NCBI GenBank assembly: GCA_039024555.1
Contig: JBCCQQ010000011.1
Span: 45,269 to 109,268 of the forward strand
Origin: Cyanobacteria bacterium P01_D01_bin.156
Lineage (GTDB): Bacteria > Cyanobacteriota > Cyanobacteriia > Phormidesmidales > Phormidesmidaceae
DNA length: 64,000 nt
Direction: 5' to 3'
Below are positions 19,670-29,392 of this stretch, piece by piece (positions within the stretch are counted from its first letter, which is position 1; each line of letters begins with the position of its first letter). Both the position numbers and the translations under genes were made by a program. The notes beneath the pieces were generated by a model. It worked only from the letters and a program-made list of their open reading frames with translations. It did no database searches and was not told where the DNA came from.

Positions 19670-22657
19670 ATGACCGACGTCTTCATTTCCTACTCACGAA
19701 AAGACGAGACCTTTGTGCAGGTGCTGAATCAGGCTCTGATAGATAGCAAATACGATGCCTGGGTAGATTGGGAAAGTATTCCCCTCACTGCTGATTGGTG
19801 GGAAGAGATTAAAACCGGGATTGAAGGGGCGGATACGTTTATCTTTGTAATTAGTCCTGACTCGATTGCGTCTAAAGTCTGTGGTCAGGAGATTGACCAT
19901 GCGGTAGAAAATAATAAGCGATTGCTGCCGATTGTGTATCGGGAAGGCTTTGACCAGTCTCTAATGCGTCCAGCATTAAGTAAACACAACTGGCTGTATT
20001 TCAAAGAAGAGAATGACTTTGACCAAGCATTTACATCTCTGGTGGAAACGCTCAATACAGATTTGTCCCATGTGAAAACCCATACGCGATTACTAGTTAA
20101 AGCTCAGGAATGGGATAAAAAACACCGTCGAGATGATTTGCTGCTACGGGGAGATGAGTTTGTCATTTCTGAAAATTGGCTACTGGAAGCGTTAGAACAG
20201 CAAAAGGAGCCGCTGCCAACATTTCTACATAAGGACTACATTCAGGCTGGGCGAGAAGCTCAGGACCGCGCACTTAAGCAAGAAAAACGGCGGAATTTTC
20301 TCCTCAGGGGGCTCCTGGCCATCATGACTTTTACCTCGGTCGCCGCCTCAGGAGCCAGTATCTATGCCTATCAACTATGGCGCGGTGGACAAATTGAGCA
20401 AATTGAGTCACTGGCTAAGCAGTCTAATGCTGAGTTTTCAGCAGGGCAAACTACCGAGGCCCTAATTAGGGCCTTACAAGCAGCACATCAGTGGCAAAAG
20501 TATCCGGGGAGCGATCGCAACCTCGTTCATCAAAGCTTGCAGCAAGCCGTCAACGGTATTCGCGAAAGCAACAGCTTAGGTGACCATATCGCTGCAGTTA
20601 ATGACCTTGCAATCAGCCCAGATGGCGAAACCATTGCGGCTGGGACAATTGCAGGAAGCATCAAGCTTTGGAGCAAAGACGGGACATTACTTTATACCAT
20701 CTATGGCCATGCGGAACGCCTGACTAATGTGGCCTTTAGCCCCGATGGGCAAATGCTGGCCTCAGCAAGTGCAGATCAAACAGCTAAGCTGTGGAATCTT
20801 CAAGGGGAACTGCTCCATACCCTTTCAGGACATAATGCACGGGTCTCAGACATTGACTTCAGCCTAGACGGGAAAAAGATTGTTACCACGAGTGACGATA
20901 GCACGCTGAAGTTATGGACCCAAGACGGCAAACTGTTACGCACACTCAACAGTCATGAGGCACAGGTTTACCGGGTGGCCTTTAGTCCTGATGGCGAAAT
21001 GTTTGCCTCAGCTAGCGACGACAATACGATCAAACTTTGGAATCTGGAAGGAGATTTACTGCATACGTTAGTTGGACACACCAATGTTCCGGTGGAGCCA
21101 GTTTTTAGCCCAGATGGACAACTCTTAGCGTCGGGAGGGGACGATAAAACTGTACGACTTTGGAATCGTGATGGAGAATTGTTGAAGACCTTAACCGGCC
21201 ATGAAGACAGAGTCAGAGAAGTTGTTTTTAGTCCAGATGGGCGAACATTAGCCTCAGCAAGTGATGATAAAACGATTAAACTGTGGACCCGAGAAGGACA
21301 ACTTATCACCACTCTGATTGGACATTCGGATGACGTTCGACGGATACGCTTTAGCCCCGATGGCCAAACGTTTGTATCTGCTAGTGGTGATCAAACTATT
21401 AAACACTGGACTTTAGACGGCAGGCTTATCCAAACCCTGACAGGACACCAAAGCTGGGTCCGAGATCTTGCCTTTAATCCTAATGACCACACCCTTGTCT
21501 CTGCTAGTGGTGATCAAACAGTAAAACTTTGGCAGCTCGAAAGAGGCGTTTCAACTGCTCTACACCATGGAAATGTAGTTAGAAAGATTCTATACAGCCC
21601 CAATGGCCAATCTCTTGTGGCGGGGGATGGTCGTGGTCTCCTCAAGTTTTGGACACCGGACGGAGAACTGATTAAAACGGTAAAAGCCTATGGTCAAGAT
21701 AATGATGTAAATGATCTTGTCTTTAGCCCCGATGGCCAACGGTTGGCGATAATCGGTGAGTCAAGGGGGGATGACCAGACTGCCAAAATTTGGAGTGCTA
21801 AGGGAGAACTGCTGCATACCCTTGAGCATCCAGGTGGTTTAGACGGTTCAGGCTATGCTGTGGACTTTGGCCCCGATGGTAAAACCCTGGCTTCAGCGAA
21901 GGGCAATACGGTCAAACTTTGGAGTGCAAATGGAAATCTTCTCCATACGTTGTCTGGCCATTCAAATAAGGTTCCATTTATCTCCTTTAGCCCTGATGGG
22001 AAAACCTTAGCGTCTGCCAGCATAGATGGCACTGTTAAACTGTGGAATCTTGAAGGAGAACTGCTTGATACCCTTGGCAATGGAGAAGAGATTTATACGG
22101 CAGTGGCCTTCAGCCTCAATGGTCAGTATCTTGTCGCTGGCAGTGCAGATGGCACATTGCGGCTCTGGAATAACAACGGTGATTTGTTACATACGATGGA
22201 AGGCCACACCGGTGTAGCAAACCAAGTCCTCTTTAGTACTGACGGTCAGACCATTATCTCTGGCAGCGCTGATGGTACAGCTAAGTTTTGGAATCTAAAA
22301 GGTAAGCTACTGACTACCCTAAAAGGTCATGAAGGAGGAATTTGGACTATGGCCCTTAGCCCTGATGGAAAGACGTTAGCAACAGCTGGGAAAGGCCACA
22401 CAATTAAGCTATGGTCGATAAATGGTGATTTTTTGCAGACTTTGGTTGGCCACACAGACTCCGTACTTCATATAGAATTTAGCCCGGACGGTAAAACCCT
22501 GGCCTCCAGTAGTGTCGATGGGAATGCCATTGTGTGGGACTTAGAAGCAGTGAAATTTGATGCGCTGATACAGCGGGGCTGTGAGTGGTGGCGCGAGTAT
22601 ACTAAATATCAAGACATCTCACCCGATCAGCAACAAGCTATCTGTGATGAAGTTTAA
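19670..22657 (+). CDS. TIR-TM-WD40 repeat protein, copy 1
   Basis: TIR domain (DVFISYSR, W.DW..I, SKVCGQEIDHA), helical linker, one hydrophobic helix, 16 WD40 repeats counted by eye. Confidence 0.92.
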   Translation: MTDVFISYSRKDETFVQVLNQALIDSKYDAWVDWESIPLTADWWEEIKTGIEGADTFIFVISPDSIASKVCGQEIDHAVENNKRLLPIVYREGFDQSLMRPALSKHNWLYFKEENDFDQAFTSLVETLNTDLSHVKTHTRLLVKAQEWDKKHRRDDLLLRGDEFVISENWLLEALEQQKEPLPTFLHKDYIQAGREAQDRALKQEKRRNFLLRGLLAIMTFTSVAASGASIYAYQLWRGGQIEQIESLAKQSNAEFSAGQTTEALIRALQAAHQWQKYPGSDRNLVHQSLQQAVNGIRESNSLGDHIAAVNDLAISPDGETIAAGTIAGSIKLWSKDGTLLYTIYGHAERLTNVAFSPDGQMLASASADQTAKLWNLQGELLHTLSGHNARVSDIDFSLDGKKIVTTSDDSTLKLWTQDGKLLRTLNSHEAQVYRVAFSPDGEMFASASDDNTIKLWNLEGDLLHTLVGHTNVPVEPVFSPDGQLLASGGDDKTVRLWNRDGELLKTLTGHEDRVREVVFSPDGRTLASASDDKTIKLWTREGQLITTLIGHSDDVRRIRFSPDGQTFVSASGDQTIKHWTLDGRLIQTLTGHQSWVRDLAFNPNDHTLVSASGDQTVKLWQLERGVSTALHHGNVVRKILYSPNGQSLVAGDGRGLLKFWTPDGELIKTVKAYGQDNDVNDLVFSPDGQRLAIIGESRGDDQTAKIWSAKGELLHTLEHPGGLDGSGYAVDFGPDGKTLASAKGNTVKLWSANGNLLHTLSGHSNKVPFISFSPDGKTLASASIDGTVKLWNLEGELLDTLGNGEEIYTAVAFSLNGQYLVAGSADGTLRLWNNNGDLLHTMEGHTGVANQVLFSTDGQTIISGSADGTAKFWNLKGKLLTTLKGHEGGIWTMALSPDGKTLATAGKGHTIKLWSINGDFLQTLVGHTDSVLHIEFSPDGKTLASSSVDGNAIVWDLEAVKFDALIQRGCEWWREYTKYQDISPDQQQAICDEV

Positions 22658-22669
22658 GGCTAGAGGAGT

Positions 22670-22741
22670 TTTATCACCAGCCCGGAGTCTTTCGTTTCTA
22701 AAGTCTACAGACAGGAGATTAATTATGTGGTGGAACACAAC
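22670..22741 (+). pseudogene. Relic of a further TIR-WD40 copy
   Basis: Translates as FITSPESFVSKVYRQEINYVVEHN versus FVISPDSIASKVCGQEIDHAVENN in the intact copies; directly follows the array's RBS spacer AGGAGTTTTATCAC. Confidence 0.8.
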
Positions 22742-22745
22742 ATTC

Positions 22746-22886
22746 TCAGTGAATTAAAGGCTGCTGACAGAATGGGTACTTTTGCAATTTGTCGTCATCT
22801 GGGCTGCCATAGGGCCTGACACACAGGACAAACGACAGAGCTGTACCCAGGCAAAGCCACAGCCCTAACCTAAATAGAGCATTCAT
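22746..22886 (-). CDS. Putative 46-aa small membrane/secreted protein
   Basis: Manual translation MNALFRLGLWLCLGTALSFVLCVRPYGSPDDDKLQKYPFCQQPLIH; hydrophobic N-half; lies downstream of the riboswitch-led ORF. Confidence 0.35.
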   Translation of the reverse strand: MNALFRLGLWLCLGTALSFVLCVRPYGSPDDDKLQKYPFCQQPLIH

Positions 22887-22994
22887 CTCACTCGATTCGT
22901 TGAGGTTGACGGTAGGTTAGTTCAAACGCGGTAATTGAACTTTAACCGCACCCATGGCGGGGGAATACTTAACAGGCATTGAACCTGTAATCAC

Positions 22995-23078
22995 CTAACA
23001 CAGAATCGGACAGAATACAATGCAGTCAATTGTCAGCACTGCAAACAGCTTGATCATGATAAAAGTTTCAGGTGTCAT
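22995..23078 (-). CDS. Putative 27-aa hydrophobic peptide led by a glutamine riboswitch (possibly a nonsense-truncated ~53-aa ORF)
   Basis: MTPETFIMIKLFAVLTIDCIVFCPILC*, preceded by AGGAGG; the frame stays open for another 25 codons after the TAG, to 22917. Confidence 0.5.
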   Translation of the reverse strand: MTPETFIMIKLFAVLTIDCIVFCPILC

Positions 23079-23113
23079 GAGAATCGCCTCCTGGAAATAT
23101 GCATTGAAACAGA

Positions 23114-23189
23114 GGCGCGTTCCTTCGGGGAAAAGACCCTACTTCCGTCTCTTGTGAGTCAGATTTTGACTCTGTAAAAGATGAACGTT
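23114..23189 (-). ncRNA. Glutamine riboswitch (glnA RNA motif)
   Basis: Minus strand reads AACGTTCATCT-[hairpin GAGTCA/TGACTC]-AGACGGAAGTAGGG-tcttttc-CCCGAAGGAACGCGCC, matching the conserved blocks of the glnA motif. Confidence 0.9.
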
Positions 23190-23199
23190 ATTTATTTCT

Positions 23200-23213
23200 G
23201 TATCCTATGTTAC
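23200..23213. promoter_or_regulatory. NtcA binding site
   Basis: GTATCCTATGTTAC fits GTA-N8-TAC and lies about 10 bp upstream of the riboswitch, a repressor-like position. Confidence 0.7.
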
Positions 23214-23410
23214 TCCTTTGCCTTTAGGTGTCAATAGGGAAACTCTGTAATGTCTAAAATTCATAACAAGACGGGTCATATGTCCTCGAAAATCGCCTGG
23301 GATAGGCAACGTATGCCCGATAAAAAACAGCTTCTGTTTTCTTGAGTAGAGAAAAATGTCAGAATAGTGCGTATGTGAAAACTGTAGCATTCTACTGCCA
23401 TTCATCGGTC

Positions 23411-26380
23411 ATGACGGACGTATTTATCTCCTACTCCCGCAAAGACAAAGCCTTTGTGCAGGTACTCAATCAGGCCCTGGCCAATAGTAAATACGATGCC
23501 TGGGTGGATTGGGAGAATATTCCCCTGACGGCGGACTGGTGGGAGGAAATTAAAGCCGGGATTGAAGGTGCGGATACGTTTATTTTTGTTATCAGTCCCG
23601 ACTCCATAGCCTCTAAGGTGTGTGGTCAAGAGATTGACCATGCGGTGGAAAACAATAAGCGATTGTTGCCGATTGTGTACCGGGAAGGGTTTGATATGTC
23701 TCGGGTACGTCCGGCCTTGGGTAAACACAACTGGCTGTTCTTTAAAGAAGAGAATGACTTTGACCAAGCATTTACTTCGCTGGTGGATGCCCTCAATACG
23801 GATCTATTCCATGTGAAGACCCACACACGATTGCTGGTTAAAGCTCAGGAATGGGATAAAAAGCACCGTCGGAATGATCTGTTGCTGCGGGGGGATGAGT
23901 TCGTCATTTCTGAAAACTGGCTAGTGGAAGCCCTTGACCAACAAAAGGAGCCGCTGCCAGCCACACTCCATAAAGAGTATATCCAGGCGGGACGAGAAGC
24001 TCAAGAACGGGAGGTTAAGCAAGAGAAGCGACGGATTTTGATTCTCAGGTCGCTCCTGGCCATCATGAGTTTTGCCTTTTTAGGCGCTGCCGGTCTTGGA
24101 GCCCATGCGTATAACCTGTGGCGAAAGGGAGAAATTGCTCAAATCACTAACCTGGCAGAAAAGTCCAACGCAGAGTTTTTGGCAGGACGAAATACCAATG
24201 CGTTGATTACAGCACTGGAAGCAGGTCATAAGTGGCAGCAATATCCGGGTAGCGATCGCAACCTCGTTCATCAAGTATTGTCGCAGTCCGTTAGCGGCAT
24301 CCGCGAAATCAAAACATTAGAAGGCCATGATGGTGTTGTTCGTGAGATAGCCATTAGCCCTGATGGCCAGATAATTGCTTCTGGTTCACAAGACGGAAAA
24401 ATTAAACTTTGGAACCTGCAAGGTCAACTGTTGCATACAATTGCAGCTCATGAAGATGATGGTCTATGGCTTAGCTTTAGTCCTGATGGCGAAATTTTGA
24501 CGTCTGTCAGTGAAGATCACACAGCGAAACTTTGGAATCTTCAAGGGCAATTATTACATACGCTTTCAGGCCATCAGGATACAGTACACGATCTTATCTT
24601 TAGTCTAGATGGTCAAACAATCATAACCGCCAGTCATGATACTACACTCAAGCTGTGGAACCGAGAAGGAAAGTTGCTAAACACCCTTAACGATCATAAC
24701 GATATTGTTTGGCGTGTTGTTCTTAGTCCAGATGGCCAAACTTTAGTGTCCCATAGCGAAGATAAGACTCTTAAGCTATGGAATTTGCAAGGAGACTTGC
24801 TTCACACGTTAGACGCTCATACTGATGTTCCCTGGAGTGAGGCGTTTAGCCCAGATGGAGAACTGCTGGCATCGAGCGGGGCTGATAATACTGTTAGGCT
24901 TTGGAATCGTGATGGTGAATTACTGAAAACCTTGACTGGTCATGAAGATACCGTTTTTGAAGTGGTCTTTAGCCCTGATGGGCAGACAATAGCCTCAGCC
25001 AGTCGAGATACAACCATTAAACTGTGGACCCGAGAAGGACAGCTCATTACGACGCTCAATGGACATACCAGTGCTGTTAATTGGATCAGGTTTAGTTCTG
25101 ATGGTCAAACGTTGGCTTCTTCGAGTAATGACAACACGATTAAACAGTGGAGCCTGGATGGCACACTTCTACAAACATTAACAGGTCACCAGGCTTGGGT
25201 AGGTGATTTGCTATTTAGCAAAGATGGACAAACCCTGATATCTGCCAGTGGCGATCAAACAGTCAAGTTTTGGCAACTTGAAGGAAACGTTTCCAAGTCT
25301 CTTCGGGGGCATACAAGTTTCGTTCGCAAGGTTCGATACAGCCCTGATGGTCAAACTCTGGTGACTGGCAGCTCCGACGGCACCCTAAAATTCTGGACTC
25401 CCGATGGAGCGCTAATCCGCACTGTGAAGGCGCACAAAGATGAAGTCCAGGATGTTGCCTTTAGCCCAGACGGAGAAATCATCACGTCGATTAGTCGTGA
25501 GGGAATTACCGCTAAACTCTGGAATTCTCAAGGAGAGCTATTGCATGTTCTAGAAGGTCATGAAGGCAAAGGCTCTTGGACGATCTTTAGCCCAGATGGG
25601 CAGACCATCGCCTCAGCCAGCGGCAATGTCGTCAGACTCTGGAACTTAAACGGTGAACTTCTGCATACTCTAAAGGACCATACGGAAAAAATTAGATACA
25701 TTGCCTTTAGCCCGAATGGCAAAATCCTGGCATCTACGAGCGACGACGGCACGCTCAAGCTATGGAACCTGCAAGGCGAGCTGCTACGAACCCTGGGTAA
25801 TGGAGAAAAACGCTATTTTGAAGTCACGTTTAGCCCAGACGGCAACTACCTTGTTGCGGCTAACGGTGATCATACCCTACAACTCTGGAACGCTAGCGGA
25901 GACTTACTCCATACCTTAGAAGGCCATACGGATGAGGTCATTCGAGTTCTCTTTAGCCGCGATGGTAAAACGATTATCTCAGGAAGTGATGATGGTACTG
26001 TCAGATTTTGGAATTTAGAAGGGAAAAACTTAAAGACTTTCCAGGGCCACGAAGGTGCAATTTGGACTATGGCGATGAGTCCAGACGGTCAAACATTTGC
26101 GACTGGTGGTAACGATGGAACTATCGCACTCTGGTCAATTGAAGGAAAATTAATACAAATCCTGGAGGGACATAAAGACTGGATGATACATCTAGAGTTT
26201 AGCCCTGATGGCAAAACCCTCGCTTCCAGTAGCGCCGACGAAACCGCTATGTTGTGGGACCTAGAAGCGCTAGAGTTTGATGCGCTGATGCAACGAGGCT
26301 GTGAGTGGTGGCGCGAGTACACCGAGTATCAAGACATCCCACCTGACCAACAAGCTATCTGTGGTGAAGTTGAAGGCTAG
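23411..26380 (+). CDS. TIR-TM-WD40 repeat protein, copy 2
   Basis: Same architecture as copy 1; start moved to the ATG at 23411 (MTDVFISYSR) by homology with the paralogs. Confidence 0.92.
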   Translation: MTDVFISYSRKDKAFVQVLNQALANSKYDAWVDWENIPLTADWWEEIKAGIEGADTFIFVISPDSIASKVCGQEIDHAVENNKRLLPIVYREGFDMSRVRPALGKHNWLFFKEENDFDQAFTSLVDALNTDLFHVKTHTRLLVKAQEWDKKHRRNDLLLRGDEFVISENWLVEALDQQKEPLPATLHKEYIQAGREAQEREVKQEKRRILILRSLLAIMSFAFLGAAGLGAHAYNLWRKGEIAQITNLAEKSNAEFLAGRNTNALITALEAGHKWQQYPGSDRNLVHQVLSQSVSGIREIKTLEGHDGVVREIAISPDGQIIASGSQDGKIKLWNLQGQLLHTIAAHEDDGLWLSFSPDGEILTSVSEDHTAKLWNLQGQLLHTLSGHQDTVHDLIFSLDGQTIITASHDTTLKLWNREGKLLNTLNDHNDIVWRVVLSPDGQTLVSHSEDKTLKLWNLQGDLLHTLDAHTDVPWSEAFSPDGELLASSGADNTVRLWNRDGELLKTLTGHEDTVFEVVFSPDGQTIASASRDTTIKLWTREGQLITTLNGHTSAVNWIRFSSDGQTLASSSNDNTIKQWSLDGTLLQTLTGHQAWVGDLLFSKDGQTLISASGDQTVKFWQLEGNVSKSLRGHTSFVRKVRYSPDGQTLVTGSSDGTLKFWTPDGALIRTVKAHKDEVQDVAFSPDGEIITSISREGITAKLWNSQGELLHVLEGHEGKGSWTIFSPDGQTIASASGNVVRLWNLNGELLHTLKDHTEKIRYIAFSPNGKILASTSDDGTLKLWNLQGELLRTLGNGEKRYFEVTFSPDGNYLVAANGDHTLQLWNASGDLLHTLEGHTDEVIRVLFSRDGKTIISGSDDGTVRFWNLEGKNLKTFQGHEGAIWTMAMSPDGQTFATGGNDGTIALWSIEGKLIQILEGHKDWMIHLEFSPDGKTLASSSADETAMLWDLEALEFDALMQRGCEWWREYTEYQDIPPDQQAICGEVEG

Positions 26381-26395
26381 AGGAGTTTTATCACG

Positions 26396-29377
26396 ATGAC
26401 CGATGTATTTATTTCATATTCTCGCAAAGATAAAGCCTTTGTTCAAGTGCTCAACCAGGCCCTGGCGGATAGCAAATACGATGCCTGGGTGGATTGGGAA
26501 AATATTCCTCTGACAGCGGACTGGTGGGAGGAAATCAAAGCAGGGATTGAAGGGGCGGATACGTTTATCTTTGTCATCAGTCCCGACTCTATTGCGTCTA
26601 AGGTGTGTGGTCAAGAGATTGACCATGCGGTAGAAAACAATAAGCGACTGTTGCCGATTGTGTACCGGGACGGGTTTGATATGGACCTGGTACGTCCAGC
26701 ATTAGGTAAACATAACTGGCTGTTCTTTAAAGAAGAGAATGATTTTGATCCAGCATTCGCTTCTCTCGTGGAAACGCTGAATACAGATCTGTCCCATGTG
26801 AAGACCCACACACGATTGCTAGTTAAAGCTCAGGAATGGGATAAGAAACACCGTCGAGATGATTTGTTGCTGCGGGGTGATGAATTTGTTATTTCTGAAA
26901 ACTGGCTAGTGGAAGCCCTTGACCAACAAAAGGAACCGCTGCCAGCCACACTACATAAAGAGTATATCCAGGCCGGACGGGAAGCCCAGGAGCGAGAGGT
27001 TAAGCAAGAAAAGCGGCGGATTTTGATTCTCAGGACAATGCTTGCCATCATGAGCTTTACCGCAGTTACTGCAACGGGAGCTGGTATTTACGCCTACCAA
27101 CTGTGGCGTAATGGCGAAGTTGCCCAAATTGAGTCCTTGGCTAAGCAGTCAAACGCGGAGTTTTTGGCGGGGCAAAATACTGATGCGTTGATTACGGCGC
27201 TGAAGGCAGGACACAGGTGGGAAAAGTATCCAGAGAGCGATCGCCAACTCGTGCCTCAGGTGTTACTTCAAGCTGTAGACGGCATTCGGGTAATTAAAAC
27301 CTTAGGCGGACAAAATAACGTAATCCTCAGATTAGCCTTCAGCCCTGACGGGGAGATCATGGCTGAAGGCAGTGCCAGTGGAATCATTAACTTATGGAAT
27401 AAACAGGGAAAGTTACTCAATACTCTCACAGAGCATGAAGGCTCTATTCGAAGGCTTATTTTTAGTCCCGATGGGCAAGTTTTAGCATCTGCAAGTGGAG
27501 ATAAAACTGCTAAATTGTGGAACTTAAATGGAGAATTACTGCACACGCTTTCAGGCCACACGGACCAAGTACGGGATCTAAGATTCAGTCCTGATGGTCA
27601 AACGATTGTGACCTCAAGCCACGACAGCACCCTCAAGCTCTGGACCCGAGAGGGAAAATTGTTGAAAACACTCGATAATCATGAAGACCGAGCATGGAAT
27701 TTAGCATTGAGCCCCGATGGCACGATGATAGCTTCTCACAGCGACGACAGTACTGTAAAAATCTGGAACTTTGAAGGGGAGTTGCTTCATTCGCTACCTC
27801 ATACCCGAGTCCCTTGGCACACCACATTTAGTCCTGATAGTGAGCTTATTGCCTCAGGTGGCTATGATCAAACAGTTTCGCTCTGGAATCGCAATGGAGA
27901 ACTGCTTCATACCTTGACTGGACATGAAGGTATCGTTCGGAGAATAGCCTTCAGCCCTGACGGTCAACTATTGGCCTCAGCGAGTGCTGACAACACTATT
28001 AAATTGTGGACGAGACAAGGGCAACTTCTTAAAACGCTTACAGGACACACTCGTACTGTGAGGGGAATAAAGTTTGCGAGTGATGGCAAAATGTTTGCGT
28101 CAACTAGTGCTGACAATACCATTAAGCTATGGGCACGAGATGGCACGCTTTTACAAACTTTGACTGGACACCAAGCATGGGTAGATGCCCTTGAATTCAG
28201 CCCTAATGGGCAGATTCTTGCATCAGGCAGCGGCGACCAGACGGTAAAACTGTGGCAGATGGAAGGAACTGTTTCAACTTCTCTGCAAGGACACACCAGT
28301 TTTGTCAGAACCATTCAACACAGCCCTGATGGACAAACTTTAGTGACTGGAGGTTCTGATGGCACGTTCAAATTTTGGACAACCGAGGGAGAATTAATCC
28401 GCACTGTTGATGGTCACAAGAAAGAAAATGAAGAAGATGAAATTGAAAATGCTACCTTTAGTCCCGATGGACAAGCCATTGCGACTATCAGCCGTAATGG
28501 GGCTAACGCCAAACTCTGGACTTCAGACGGTGAACTACTGCATGTTCTGGAAGGCCATGAAGGCCAAGGTGGTCGGATAACGTTTAGTCCAGACAGTCAA
28601 ACTATTGCCTCTTCCAGTGGAAATGTTATTAGGCTATGGAACTTAGATGGTGATCTGTTACATACTCTAAACGGCCATACAGAATTCATTAGATTTATTG
28701 TCTTTAGCCCCGATGGTCAAACGCTAGCCTCTACGAGTAACGATGGCACCCTTAAGCTTTGGAACTTAAATGGTGAACACCTAAAAACCCTCGGTAATCG
28801 AGAAGAGCGATACTTGGAGATGTCGTTTAGTCCTGATGGGCAATATCTTGTGGCCGCAAATGGTGACCAAACATTACAACTGTGGAATGCTAACGGTGAC
28901 CTACTTCGTACTCTGGAAGGCCATGAAGATGAAGTGATTAGAGTTCTCTTTAGTCGTGACGGAGAAACTATCATTTCTGGTGGCGATGACGGTACTCTAC
29001 GATTCTGGAATTTAGACGGAGAACTGTTAAAGAGTATCGAAGGCCATGAGGGTCAGATTTGGCACATGGAATTGAGTCCCGACGGTCAAACTATTGCTAC
29101 AGGAAGTAGCGATCACACCATCAAGCTGTGGTCAATCGACGGAGAGCTGATACAAACTCTCGTAGGTCATAAAGGCTGGATCCTGCGTTTAGAATTTAGT
29201 CCTGATGGCAAAACTCTTGCGTCTAGCAGTGCCGATGAAACGGCAATTCTGTGGGACTTGGAATCGCTGAAATTTGATGCCCTAATGCAGCAGGGCTGTG
29301 AGTGGTGGCGCGAGTACACCAAGTACCAAGACACTCCACCCGACCAGCAAGCTATCTGTGGTGAAGTTGAAGGCTAG
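26396..29377 (+). CDS. TIR-TM-WD40 repeat protein, copy 3
   Basis: Same architecture; 15-bp spacer with AGGAG RBS after copy 2. Confidence 0.92.
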   Translation: MTDVFISYSRKDKAFVQVLNQALADSKYDAWVDWENIPLTADWWEEIKAGIEGADTFIFVISPDSIASKVCGQEIDHAVENNKRLLPIVYRDGFDMDLVRPALGKHNWLFFKEENDFDPAFASLVETLNTDLSHVKTHTRLLVKAQEWDKKHRRDDLLLRGDEFVISENWLVEALDQQKEPLPATLHKEYIQAGREAQEREVKQEKRRILILRTMLAIMSFTAVTATGAGIYAYQLWRNGEVAQIESLAKQSNAEFLAGQNTDALITALKAGHRWEKYPESDRQLVPQVLLQAVDGIRVIKTLGGQNNVILRLAFSPDGEIMAEGSASGIINLWNKQGKLLNTLTEHEGSIRRLIFSPDGQVLASASGDKTAKLWNLNGELLHTLSGHTDQVRDLRFSPDGQTIVTSSHDSTLKLWTREGKLLKTLDNHEDRAWNLALSPDGTMIASHSDDSTVKIWNFEGELLHSLPHTRVPWHTTFSPDSELIASGGYDQTVSLWNRNGELLHTLTGHEGIVRRIAFSPDGQLLASASADNTIKLWTRQGQLLKTLTGHTRTVRGIKFASDGKMFASTSADNTIKLWARDGTLLQTLTGHQAWVDALEFSPNGQILASGSGDQTVKLWQMEGTVSTSLQGHTSFVRTIQHSPDGQTLVTGGSDGTFKFWTTEGELIRTVDGHKKENEEDEIENATFSPDGQAIATISRNGANAKLWTSDGELLHVLEGHEGQGGRITFSPDSQTIASSSGNVIRLWNLDGDLLHTLNGHTEFIRFIVFSPDGQTLASTSNDGTLKLWNLNGEHLKTLGNREERYLEMSFSPDGQYLVAANGDQTLQLWNANGDLLRTLEGHEDEVIRVLFSRDGETIISGGDDGTLRFWNLDGELLKSIEGHEGQIWHMELSPDGQTIATGSSDHTIKLWSIDGELIQTLVGHKGWILRLEFSPDGKTLASSSADETAILWDLESLKFDALMQQGCEWWREYTKYQDTPPDQQAICGEVEG

Positions 29378-29392
29378 AGGAGTTTTATCACG

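Noticed and set aside
23342..23410. N-terminal extension of TIR-WD40 copy 2 from a TTG start
   Set aside because: The three paralogs begin at MTDVFISY, which corresponds to the ATG at 23411.
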